This document shows positions 8,997 to 16,920 of a stretch of 30,576 nucleotides of DNA, one piece after another; within the stretch, counting starts at the first letter, position 1, and the number at the start of each line of letters is the position of its first letter. Source of the stretch: Candidatus Micrarchaeota archaeon. Lineage in GTDB: Archaea > Micrarchaeota > Micrarchaeia > Norongarragalinales > SBBD01. The translations under genes were made by a program, and so were the position numbers. The stretch spans positions 1 through 30,576 of the forward strand of contig JBBSVW010000078.1 of NCBI GenBank assembly GCA_038046605.1, in the 5' to 3' direction. A model generated the notes under the pieces. It saw only the letters and a list, made by a program, of their open reading frames with translations, had not been told where the DNA came from and searched no databases.

Positions 8997-9207
8997 GCCC
9001 CGCGGCAAAAGGTGCAAATGCAAAAGCGACATCTACCTTCTTCCGGTATCCATATCCGAAATAAACACACAGCTTGACTGTTCTTGTTCATTTTCGGGTT
9101 GGACGTTGGCAGGGGTTTTTCCTCCGGAGGGGAAGCTATTCATGCCCTCAGGGATGAGGCATTCCAGCTTTCGTTGCGCTTGCAAAGCATGAACTTTTCC
9201 GCGGGGT
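8997..9207 (+). ncRNA. Candidate structured ncRNA with a terminal bulge-helix-loop motif
   Basis: The ends pair (GCCCCGCGG/CCGCGGGGT, AAAAG/CTTTT, GTGC/GCAT, TGCAA/TTGCA). Three internal hairpins, one with a GGGA tetraloop; AT-rich flanks. Confidence 0.55.
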
Positions 9208-9415
9208 GAATTCTTATTTTATTAATTTTGGCTGATGATTTTTAGATGAAACCGCACTCAGGAAGGCTTCATTGTTGATTGCCCCTAATTTCCTTTCGTT
9301 CCTTCAAACAACAATAATTAAGCAAGGTCCAAAACAACCTTTTTAAACGTTCGATTGCTGAATATTACCTCTATTAAACTGATTTATTGTCAGAATCAAA
9401 CAGGTAGAACTACTT

Positions 9416-11602
9416 ATGGCACGAAAGGAAAACATTGCGGCGGAAGCGCAAAAACTGATGGGCAATAGGGCAAATATCAGGAACATGGGGATTGTTGCCC
9501 ATGTCGACCATGGAAAAACCACATTAAGTGACTCATTAGTTGCACTAGCCGGCCTCATTTCGCAGGAATTGGCAGGGGAGCAGCGCATCCTTGATTACGA
9601 TGAGCAAGAGCAGGCACGTGGGATTACCATCAAGGCGGCAAATATTTCAATTCCTTATGCGTACGAAGGCCAGTCCTACCTAATTAATCTCATCGATACG
9701 CCCGGCCACGTGGACTTTGGAGGCCACGTTACAAGGGCAATGCGCGCAGTTGACGGCGCCGTTGTTGTCATCGATTGCGTTGAAGGCATCATGCCCCAAA
9801 CCGAAACCGTGCTCCGGCAGGCGCTCAAGGAAAAAGTCAAGCCAGTCCTGTTCATCAATAAAATCGACCGCCTGATCAATGAGCTCAAGCTGGATCAGCT
9901 CCAGATGCAGCAGCGCTTCCTCAAAATCATTACCGGCGTAAACAAGCTTATCACCACCTTTGGCCCCGATGAATTCAAAATCCCCTGGCAAATTGATGTC
10001 AATAAGGGAAATGTCGCATTCGGCACGGCCTTTAGCAAATGGGCAATTTCCGGCAAGCAAATGAAAAAATCCGGATTGACCTTCAAGGATATCTATCAGG
10101 CATGCGTGGATGGAAAGCATGCGGATTTGCAAAAGAAAATACCACTTGGGCCTGTCATGATGGATATGATCATTAATCACCTTCCAAACCCGCTTACCGC
10201 GCAAAAATACAGGGTGCCGGTCATATGGCATGGCGATTTGGAATCAGATCTTGGGAAAAGCATGCTTAATGTTGATCCTGCAGGCAAGGCGATTTTCATG
10301 GTCACGGCAATTCAAAATGACCCCCACGCCGGCGAAGTGGCAGTTGGGAGGCTATATTCCGGAACTTTAAAGAAAGGATCCGACCTTTACCTTGCATCCC
10401 AATTCAAGAAGGAAAAATTGCAAAGTGTAGCCGTATACATGGGCCCCGATCGCGTCACAATCGATGAGGTGCCTGCAGGCAACATTGTTGCGCTGGTTGG
10501 TTTGAAGGAGGTCTATTCAGGGGAAACCGTTTCAGAAGAGCCAATTACGCCCTTTGAGCAAATCAAGCACCACTCGGTTCCCGTTGTCACAAAGAGCATT
10601 GAGGCGAAAAACCCACGGGATCTTGTAAAATTAGTGGAGGCCATGAAAAAGCTTGCAAAGGAGGATCCCACCATGAAGCTTGAGATCAACCAGGAAACTG
10701 GCGAGCATCTGATTTCCGGCATGGGCGAACTTCATCTTGAGATCATCGAGTATAAATTGAAAAACGAACAGGGTGTTGATATTGTCACATCGCCTCCAAT
10801 TGTGGTCTATCACGAGTCAGTATTTGGTGAATCCCCCGAATTGGAGGGAAAATCCCCAAACAAGCACAACAAGTTCAAAATACTTGTGAGCCCAGTTGAG
10901 CCAAGTGTCATTGCCGCAATAAACGATGGTACAATTGACGAGCACAAGAAAGGAAAGGAGCTAATTGAGCTTTTGATTAAGGCGGGCCTTCCCCGTGATG
11001 AGGCAAAATCAGTAATGACAATCCACAACGGCAATTTCTTCCTTGACATGACCAAAGGAGTGCAATATTTGGTGGATATCAAAGAAGCCCTTATCACCGC
11101 ATTCGAAGAGGCGGTGGAACAAGGGCCGCTTGCAAAGGAAAAGTGCATCGGCGTCAAGGTAATCCTAACGGATGCAACGATCCACGTCGATCCGGCGCAC
11201 AGGGGGCCGGCACAACTGTTCCCGGCAATCAAGCGCCCTATTTATGCGGGCATGTTGATGGCCAAGTGCGCACTCCTCGAACCCAAGCAAAAGCTAGTTG
11301 TGAATTCGCCAGCTGATTATTTGGGGAACATTACCATGAAAGTGCAGGGCAGGCGTGGGCAAATTGAGAACATCGAGCAGGAAGGCGAAGTTGTGAATGT
11401 CACTGCCAAGGTGCCGGTTGCCGAGATGTTTGGCTTTGCAAATGAGATCCGCGGCGCAACCCAAGGGAGGGCCGCCTGGTACTATGAATACGCCGGATAT
11501 GAGAGGCTCAACCCCGATCTGCAGGCAAGGATACAGGCGCAAATCCGGAAGCGCAAAGGAGAGCCGGAGAACGCTCCGACTGCAAAGGATTTCCTCGAAT
11601 GA
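9416..11602 (+). CDS. fusA: Archaeal translation elongation factor EF-2
   Basis: AHVDHGKTT, RGITI, DTPGH, NKID, GMGELHL motifs and the HRG diphthamide loop; 728 aa. Confidence 0.98.
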   Translation: MARKENIAAEAQKLMGNRANIRNMGIVAHVDHGKTTLSDSLVALAGLISQELAGEQRILDYDEQEQARGITIKAANISIPYAYEGQSYLINLIDTPGHVDFGGHVTRAMRAVDGAVVVIDCVEGIMPQTETVLRQALKEKVKPVLFINKIDRLINELKLDQLQMQQRFLKIITGVNKLITTFGPDEFKIPWQIDVNKGNVAFGTAFSKWAISGKQMKKSGLTFKDIYQACVDGKHADLQKKIPLGPVMMDMIINHLPNPLTAQKYRVPVIWHGDLESDLGKSMLNVDPAGKAIFMVTAIQNDPHAGEVAVGRLYSGTLKKGSDLYLASQFKKEKLQSVAVYMGPDRVTIDEVPAGNIVALVGLKEVYSGETVSEEPITPFEQIKHHSVPVVTKSIEAKNPRDLVKLVEAMKKLAKEDPTMKLEINQETGEHLISGMGELHLEIIEYKLKNEQGVDIVTSPPIVVYHESVFGESPELEGKSPNKHNKFKILVSPVEPSVIAAINDGTIDEHKKGKELIELLIKAGLPRDEAKSVMTIHNGNFFLDMTKGVQYLVDIKEALITAFEEAVEQGPLAKEKCIGVKVILTDATIHVDPAHRGPAQLFPAIKRPIYAGMLMAKCALLEPKQKLVVNSPADYLGNITMKVQGRRGQIENIEQEGEVVNVTAKVPVAEMFGFANEIRGATQGRAAWYYEYAGYERLNPDLQARIQAQIRKRKGEPENAPTAKDFLE

Positions 11603-11676
11603 GGCTTCTCCATTTTTACTTATTTCCTAGCCCTACTTTTTTCTATTATTTAATTACAGGATTACACATACCTGTT

Positions 11677-11706
11677 CAAAACCAAATAGCACACAAAACC
11701 AAATAG
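11677..11706 (+). repeat. 13-bp direct repeat CAAAACCAAATAG x2
   Basis: Copies at 11677-11689 and 11694-11706, just upstream of an AT-rich TATA-like element. Confidence 0.7.
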
Positions 11707-11753
11707 TCAATGAATAAATATCTGGACAGTCTTATCATTTTTCAGGTGAATAT

Positions 11754-11960
11754 ATGCCAAAACCCAAATCAAGGAAAATGGAGGCGATTGACGGCTACAG
11801 GGCGCGAAGAATAAGCCTCGAAAAATCCGCAAGGCTTGCCGGAGTGAGCGTGAGTGAAATGATGGATTTACTTTCAGAATATGGAATACCCTCGAATGTT
11901 ACCGTTGAGGATTTCGAGGCGAGCTTGAGGTCGGTTGAAAAGATAAGGCCTTTGAAATGA
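11754..11960 (+). CDS. UPF0175-family small HTH protein (antitoxin-like)
   Basis: Pattern Y....ISLEKSARLAGVSVSEMMDLL...GIP; AGGTGA RBS. Confidence 0.75.
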   Translation: MPKPKSRKMEAIDGYRARRISLEKSARLAGVSVSEMMDLLSEYGIPSNVTVEDFEASLRSVEKIRPLK

Positions 11961-11985
11961 TGTGATGCCCCCGGATTATTTCGAT

Positions 11986-12162
11986 CTAATCCTTCTCGCC
12001 ATCGGCGCCGCATTTCTTGCATCGCCATATTGGGGAATAAGCCTCCCGTTCGCACCCCCCAATAATGATTTTGCCTTCCTCCGCCGCCTTCAGCATGCTT
12101 TCATCGGGCATCCCGTACTCTATCCGAACCGCTTCCATGGAATTGCATTTAGGGCATTTCAT
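11986..12162 (-). CDS. 58-aa zinc-ribbon microprotein (not in ORF track)
   Basis: Manual translation MKCPKCNSMEAVRIEYGMPDESMLKAAEEGKIIIGGCEREAYSPIWRCKKCGADGEKD; two CxxC pairs; ATG overlaps the LemA stop (ATGA). Confidence 0.85.
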   Translation of the reverse strand: MKCPKCNSMEAVRIEYGMPDESMLKAAEEGKIIIGGCEREAYSPIWRCKKCGADGEKD

Positions 12163-12716
12163 ATCATCTTCACCTCAACATTCTTCCTTTCCGCATCACT
12201 CGCCCCAAAAAACCCCCTTTTCCCAAAATCACCAATTCCGGCTACCAAATTCCATGGGAATATCTGGATGGAATTGTTGTAATTCATGGCCGTATCATTG
12301 TAAAAGCCCCGGGAATAAGCAATCCGTTCCTCTGCATCGGAAATCTCATCTTGCAGGTGTAAAAAGCTCTTGTTAGCCTTCAATTCCGGATAATTCTCTG
12401 CGACCGCAAATACCGACCTAACCGCCCTTACAATTGAGTCATTTGCCTTTGAAATCTCCTCCACTGATTTCGCGTTTTCGAACCCACTGCGCGCAAGCGT
12501 CACCTTCTCAAAAACCGATTTCTCATATTTTGCATATCCCTTCACGGCTTCAACCAGATTGGGGATCAGATCATTCCTCCTCTTCAATTGTATGTCAATT
12601 TGCGACCATGAATCATTGCAGCGCTCCCTAAGCTGTATTAGCCGATTGAAAATAATTGCGGCTGCTAGGGTAAGGAGCAAAATCCCAGCGCCAATTGCAA
12701 ACACAAAAAAATCCAT
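12159..12716 (-). CDS. lemA: LemA family protein
   Basis: N-terminal TM, then WSQIDIQLKRRNDLIPNLV, AENYPELKAN, YN...YN and FPWNLVA motifs. Confidence 0.95.
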   Translation of the reverse strand: MDFFVFAIGAGILLLTLAAAIIFNRLIQLRERCNDSWSQIDIQLKRRNDLIPNLVEAVKGYAKYEKSVFEKVTLARSGFENAKSVEEISKANDSIVRAVRSVFAVAENYPELKANKSFLHLQDEISDAEERIAYSRGFYNDTAMNYNNSIQIFPWNLVAGIGDFGKRGFFGASDAERKNVEVKMI

Positions 12717-12740
12717 ATTTTTTCGCCTCTCAATTTATTT

Positions 12741-13535
12741 TTACCTGACCATTGACCAAATCAAAACCAATATTCCGCCAATCAAAAGCCCATAGCTGAA
12801 TATTGTCATTGGCTTGTCATCTGAACGCATATGCTTAAAATATTCCTTTTCCCCCCGAAAGCTTGCAACAAGGGGCTCATCCTCGCTTTTTGCAATTACT
12901 AATTTTCCGTCAATTTTTTTGGTTTTCCCAATAATAAGAAGCTTTCCTGCGGGCAAAATCCACTCGTACGTGCGGCTATGCATATCCGTAAAGCTCCCGA
13001 TTGTATCCACCTCCTTTCCATCAATGTGCTCTGCCAAAACACCCTCCAAATCAACGGCAATTTTGCCAGTCCCGTCATCAATCTCAAAGGGCTTTGTTGT
13101 TATGCGGTCCTCCACCGTTTTCCAATGGCCGCCTTCCCGCGACTTGAAAGATCCACTTTCGACATACTCTTCCCTAACACTCCTTGCCCAAACACAATCC
13201 TGCTTCGAAAACGGGCCCTCAAAAGGCTTGCTTGAAACCTTGCCTGATATTTTAAGCAATACCCCCTCGTTTGCATCCTCGATTTCCGTTGGCGGGATCT
13301 TTTGCACCTTATAGAGCAATTTTTCCTCATCCCTAGTGCTTTTCATCATGACAAGCCCGGCAATCACCAATATTATACCAAATATCGGGAAGATGTAGCC
13401 TGCAAATGTTATTCCAAACGGCCTAAAAAATGATTTGTCGAAGTAATCCATAATGAATAGCATAACCCCGATAATCACAAGTACCAGCGCCGTCGAGAGC
13501 ACGATTCCGATGTTGCGCCTAGTTGATGGTTCCAT
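12741..13535 (-). CDS. GIDE/BAM-domain membrane protein (3 TM)
   Basis: Two N-terminal TMs, then KISGKV, CVW, PFEIDDGTGKIAVD and YEWILP motifs, then a C-terminal TM. Pattern of the MUL1/SP1 GIDE domain; no RING. Confidence 0.8.
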   Translation of the reverse strand: MEPSTRRNIGIVLSTALVLVIIGVMLFIMDYFDKSFFRPFGITFAGYIFPIFGIILVIAGLVMMKSTRDEEKLLYKVQKIPPTEIEDANEGVLLKISGKVSSKPFEGPFSKQDCVWARSVREEYVESGSFKSREGGHWKTVEDRITTKPFEIDDGTGKIAVDLEGVLAEHIDGKEVDTIGSFTDMHSRTYEWILPAGKLLIIGKTKKIDGKLVIAKSEDEPLVASFRGEKEYFKHMRSDDKPMTIFSYGLLIGGILVLIWSMVR

Positions 13536-13540
13536 ATTTC

Positions 13541-14239
13541 TCAGCCCGGCCAGAAAAACGAGGCCACAATCAGGATTGCGCCAACCACTGCAATTGCATA
13601 GCCGACAAACACCTGTTTTTTATCGTCAGTTCGCTTGTTTTTGAGGAAAGTTTTTTCATCATTCACGCTTGCTGCCATTTCGGATTCCTTCCATTGCCGT
13701 AGTTCCATGGCGCCGTTGAATTTGCGGGGCATCCCATAAATAAACATTTTTCCATCCGAAGGGATGATCCATTCGTATTTCCTTACCTTCAAGCCCCCGA
13801 TGTTGAATGGCCCAAACTGCCCAAGCCCCCCTTCGTATCCTTCCCAATTGAGGATTTTTTCCGTTTCCAGGAATTCTTTGTTCGCTGTGTGCAAATCAAT
13901 CCTGATCTTGCCTGTGCCATCATCGAGGTAAAAGGGCGAGTCCTGGAAATCATGCAATGCAGTTACCCAATTCGAGCTCTTTCCTTGCTTCTTCAATTCC
14001 TGCCTTTCCGAAATGAAATAAACGCAGCTCCTTCCCTCAAACCTTGATTTCAGCACCTCAATAGGTACCACTTTCCCGGTCAATTTGATTGGGACTCCCT
14101 CTATGACATCCTCGAGCTGGATCGGCGGCGTGCGCTCTATCCTATAGAAGAATTCGTCCTCCTTTTGCTGGCGTTTTATTGCAAAGGCGCCAATTGCCCC
14201 GATTATGAGGCCAAATGCGGTCAATTGAAATAGGACCAT
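13541..14239 (-). CDS. GIDE/BAM-domain membrane protein (2 TM)
   Basis: TM, then KLTGKV, GRSCVY, PFYLDDGTGKIRID and YEWIIP motifs, then TM. Clear paralog of the adjacent gene. Confidence 0.8.
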   Translation of the reverse strand: MVLFQLTAFGLIIGAIGAFAIKRQQKEDEFFYRIERTPPIQLEDVIEGVPIKLTGKVVPIEVLKSRFEGRSCVYFISERQELKKQGKSSNWVTALHDFQDSPFYLDDGTGKIRIDLHTANKEFLETEKILNWEGYEGGLGQFGPFNIGGLKVRKYEWIIPSDGKMFIYGMPRKFNGAMELRQWKESEMAASVNDEKTFLKNKRTDDKKQVFVGYAIAVVGAILIVASFFWPG

Positions 14240-14298
14240 ATATGGGTAACATTAGTGCTCAATAAATATCTATCATCCGTGGAAAAAAATTAGTTTTA

Positions 14299-14601
14299 TC
14301 AGCCCAGATTCATCTCAAGCGAGACGGTCTTTGGGATCTCCATCCTCATGACATCGCGAAGGACGCGGTCGTCCGCCTTGATTTCCATCAGGCGCTTGTG
14401 GATGCGGCATTCCCACTTTTCATAGGTATCGGAGCCATCCCCGCAGGGCGTTTTCCTGGTTGTAATTGCAAGCCTCTTGGTCGGCAGCGGAATAGGGCCC
14501 TTTACCTCGACTCCGGCCTTCTTGGCAATATCCTTGATCTGCGAGCATACGCCATCCAAATCAGCGTAACTGCGGCTTTCCAGCTTGATTCTTGCTTTCA
14601 T
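14299..14601 (-). CDS. rpsJ: 30S ribosomal protein uS10
   Basis: KARIKL, GPIPLPTK, TTRKTPCGDGS and RIHKRL motifs. ATG at 14601; alternative GTG at 14610. Confidence 0.97.
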   Translation of the reverse strand: MKARIKLESRSYADLDGVCSQIKDIAKKAGVEVKGPIPLPTKRLAITTRKTPCGDGSDTYEKWECRIHKRLMEIKADDRVLRDVMRMEIPKTVSLEMNLG

Positions 14602-14820
14602 AATGAACACGCGAAAATGAATTGTTGATAATTGTTAAAGCGATTTTTGACTCCTTTTAAACCAAGAGTCCATTCAGTTGAATCCGCTAATTTATATTAT
14701 AATATCATAAGCGAATGGCCTACTTGACAACCTGGTGCGTAATTTTAATACGGACCAACTCCTCTTTTGGCCATCCGGCTCATGAAAACAATTATAAAAA
14801 ATAAAAAAATTTCGATTCGC

Positions 14821-16125
14821 CTATGCCGCATTCTTCCTTGGGACGACCTCCAGGACAATTCCGGCGGCTACTGTTTGCCCCATATCCCTGATTGCAAACC
14901 TGCCAAGTGCCGGGAACTCGCTGTACTTTTCGACGACTGTAGGCTTTGATGGTTTTATCCTGACAATTGCAACATCCCCTGTCTTGATGAAATCAGGGTT
15001 CTTCTGCGCTGTCTGCACAGTCTTTGGATCCTTCTTTTCCAAAATTTCCGTTATCGTGCATGCAACCTGCGATGTGTGCAAATGGAATACCGGCGTATAG
15101 TTCTTCCCAATTGCCGTTGGGTGGTTTAGCACAACGATTTGCGCTGTGAATTCCTCCGCAACTGTTGGCGGGAATTTGGGATCTCCTACGACCGATCCCC
15201 TCCTGACCGCTTTCTTTTCAACTCCCTTGAGGGCGAATCCGATGTTGTCCCCAGGAATTGCCTGCGTAAGTGACTGGTGGTGCATCTCAATTGTCTTGAC
15301 TTCGGCAGTCACGTTTTCTGGCATGATGATTACGGTTTGGCCCGGCTTTAGAATGCCGCTCTCCACCCTTCCGACTGGAACTGTCCCCTGTCCGGTAATT
15401 GTCATGACCTCCTGGATTGGAAGCCGTAGCGGCTTATCTGTAGCCTTCTTTGGCTCAAGCAGCATGTCAAGTGCTTCCTTGAATGTTGGGCCAGAGTACC
15501 AAGGCATGTTGATTTTTTTGCTGGCTGGATCGGGGCCTCCTTCCCGTTGCCCTACATTGTCCCCCATGTAAGCGGAAACCGGAATTACCGGTATCTGATC
15601 TATCTTATAGCCCATGGGCTTGATTTTTGCAATGAGGGCGGCTTTGGTATCCTCGAATTTCACATGATCGTAGTTGACGGCGTCCATCTTGTTGATTGCA
15701 ATGATAAACTGGCTAACTCCAAGCACCTTCAAAAGGAATGCGTGCTCGATGGTCTGCGCCTGCACCCCTTCCTTGGCAGAGCAAACAAGCACGGCAGCAT
15801 CAGCCTGCGAGGCGCCGGTGATCATGTTCTTGACGAAATCCTTGTGGCCGGGCGCATCAATGATTGTGAAGTAATATTTCTGGGTGTGGAAATCGCGGTG
15901 GGCGATATCGATTGTGACTCCCCTCTCACGCTCCTCCTTCAATTGATCCATTGCGAATGCAAATTCGAAGGTCGCTTTCCCATACTTTGCGGCCTCCTCC
16001 TTGAGCTTCCTCAAATCGTTTTCCGAAAGTGCGCCGGTATCGTAAAGCACCCTTCCTACAAGTGTGCTCTTCCCGTGATCGACGTGACCGGTGAAGATTA
16101 TATTCAAATGTGGTTTTTCTGCCAT
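14821..16125 (-). CDS. tuf: Translation elongation factor EF-1alpha
   Basis: GHVDHGKST, ERERGVTID, DAPGH, NKMD and GRFAIRDMG motifs; AGGTGA RBS. Confidence 0.98.
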   Translation of the reverse strand: MAEKPHLNIIFTGHVDHGKSTLVGRVLYDTGALSENDLRKLKEEAAKYGKATFEFAFAMDQLKEERERGVTIDIAHRDFHTQKYYFTIIDAPGHKDFVKNMITGASQADAAVLVCSAKEGVQAQTIEHAFLLKVLGVSQFIIAINKMDAVNYDHVKFEDTKAALIAKIKPMGYKIDQIPVIPVSAYMGDNVGQREGGPDPASKKINMPWYSGPTFKEALDMLLEPKKATDKPLRLPIQEVMTITGQGTVPVGRVESGILKPGQTVIIMPENVTAEVKTIEMHHQSLTQAIPGDNIGFALKGVEKKAVRRGSVVGDPKFPPTVAEEFTAQIVVLNHPTAIGKNYTPVFHLHTSQVACTITEILEKKDPKTVQTAQKNPDFIKTGDVAIVRIKPSKPTVVEKYSEFPALGRFAIRDMGQTVAAGIVLEVVPRKNAA

Positions 16126-16411
16126 TCCAAATTCACCTATATTTTTTTAACGGGGGTTAAATCCCTTAAGTAAATGTTTTTCCTCCTAATTCAACCCATC
16201 TTTTTAGTGACGCAAGCTACGAATAGCAGCATTGGTCCTACGTAGAATCAGCCATTTTGAGCCTATTTGCTGAGATAACGGATAAAAGTAGCGTTTCATC
16301 TTTATAAATCTTTCCCTGAGGCGCTCTCAATTTGGGATAATTGACTGCAAAATCCTTATATAGTTTGTTTCGCAGGAAATAATCCCTCAAAATGCAATTG
16401 GTGATAATTTT

Positions 16412-16573
16412 ATGGCCAGCCTTTTCCCCAATGATGAGACCTCATGGGTTCTGCTAGCGCTTTTGCTTTTCTATTATGTATCCACAAGCGGCGTCAACTT
16501 CTCGCTTCCGGTCTGGGGCGCGGTTGCATTCATCGGTTACATCATAATCGGAACGGCGCAGCAGCATCATTAG
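16412..16573 (+). CDS. 53-aa two-TM microprotein (not in ORF track)
   Basis: MASLFPNDETSWVLLALLLFYYVSTSGVNFSLPVWGAVAFIGYIIIGTAQQHH; GGTGAT RBS at 16400-16405; TTATATA upstream at ~16356. Confidence 0.7.
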   Translation: MASLFPNDETSWVLLALLLFYYVSTSGVNFSLPVWGAVAFIGYIIIGTAQQHH

Positions 16574-16760
16574 GGGGTTTGTCCTAAAATAATCTCTATC
16601 CACGTATTTCTGTTGCCACTAATTTTACCTCAGTTCACCCGAAATCACCCCTAATTAGGGATATAAATAAGCCAATTTCATATCCGTGGTCGCTGGAGGC
16701 ATTTAGGGTGAGAATATGCGTCCAGTTGTAGGAACAAATAGGATTAAGAAATTACCCATC

Positions 16761-16861
16761 TAGCTGCAGCCTTCTCCAAAGGGATGGGCAGCAGCTATGA
16801 TGAGGGTTCGACTCCTGAAAAATGCCAAAGTGGCATTTTGATGACCGATGTTACGATCTGA
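16761..16861 (+). ncRNA. Box C/D methylation-guide sRNA with 5' hairpin
   Basis: C box ATGATGA 16797-16803, D' CTGA 16815-16818, C' TTGATGA 16838-16844, D CTGA 16858-16861. Guides of 11 and 13 nt; stem-loop between D' and C'. Confidence 0.85.
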
Positions 16862-16920
16862 GTTATTGTCCATTCCGGAGTTAAAAAAGCTTGCTAGTGC
16901 AAAACAGGTTGCCCGTTTTC

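Noticed and set aside
8995-9192. 65-aa Cys-containing ORF over the structured element
   Set aside because: No RBS or recognisable motif; extensive base-pairing explains the sequence better. Not formally excluded.
8997-9207. Assignment as RNase P, SRP, 5S or H/ACA RNA
   Set aside because: Minus-strand GAGGAAAAACCCCUGCC / AGAAGGUAG only loosely mimics RNase P P4. The SRP helix-8 CAGG/AGCA loop is absent, the 5S similarity is one short patch, and there is no K-turn or pocket for H/ACA.
9232-9255. Hammerhead-like CTGATGA...GAAAC
   Set aside because: Stem II cannot close (U-U), and no stems I/III or cleavage triplet form.
11190-11215. Possible diphthamide-less EF-2 variant
   Set aside because: The HRG motif is intact (DPAHRGPAQ), so this is a canonical aEF-2.
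16802-16818. tRNA T-arm-like GGGTTCGACTCC
   Set aside because: No cloverleaf or acceptor stem; it lies exactly between boxes C and D' as a guide.
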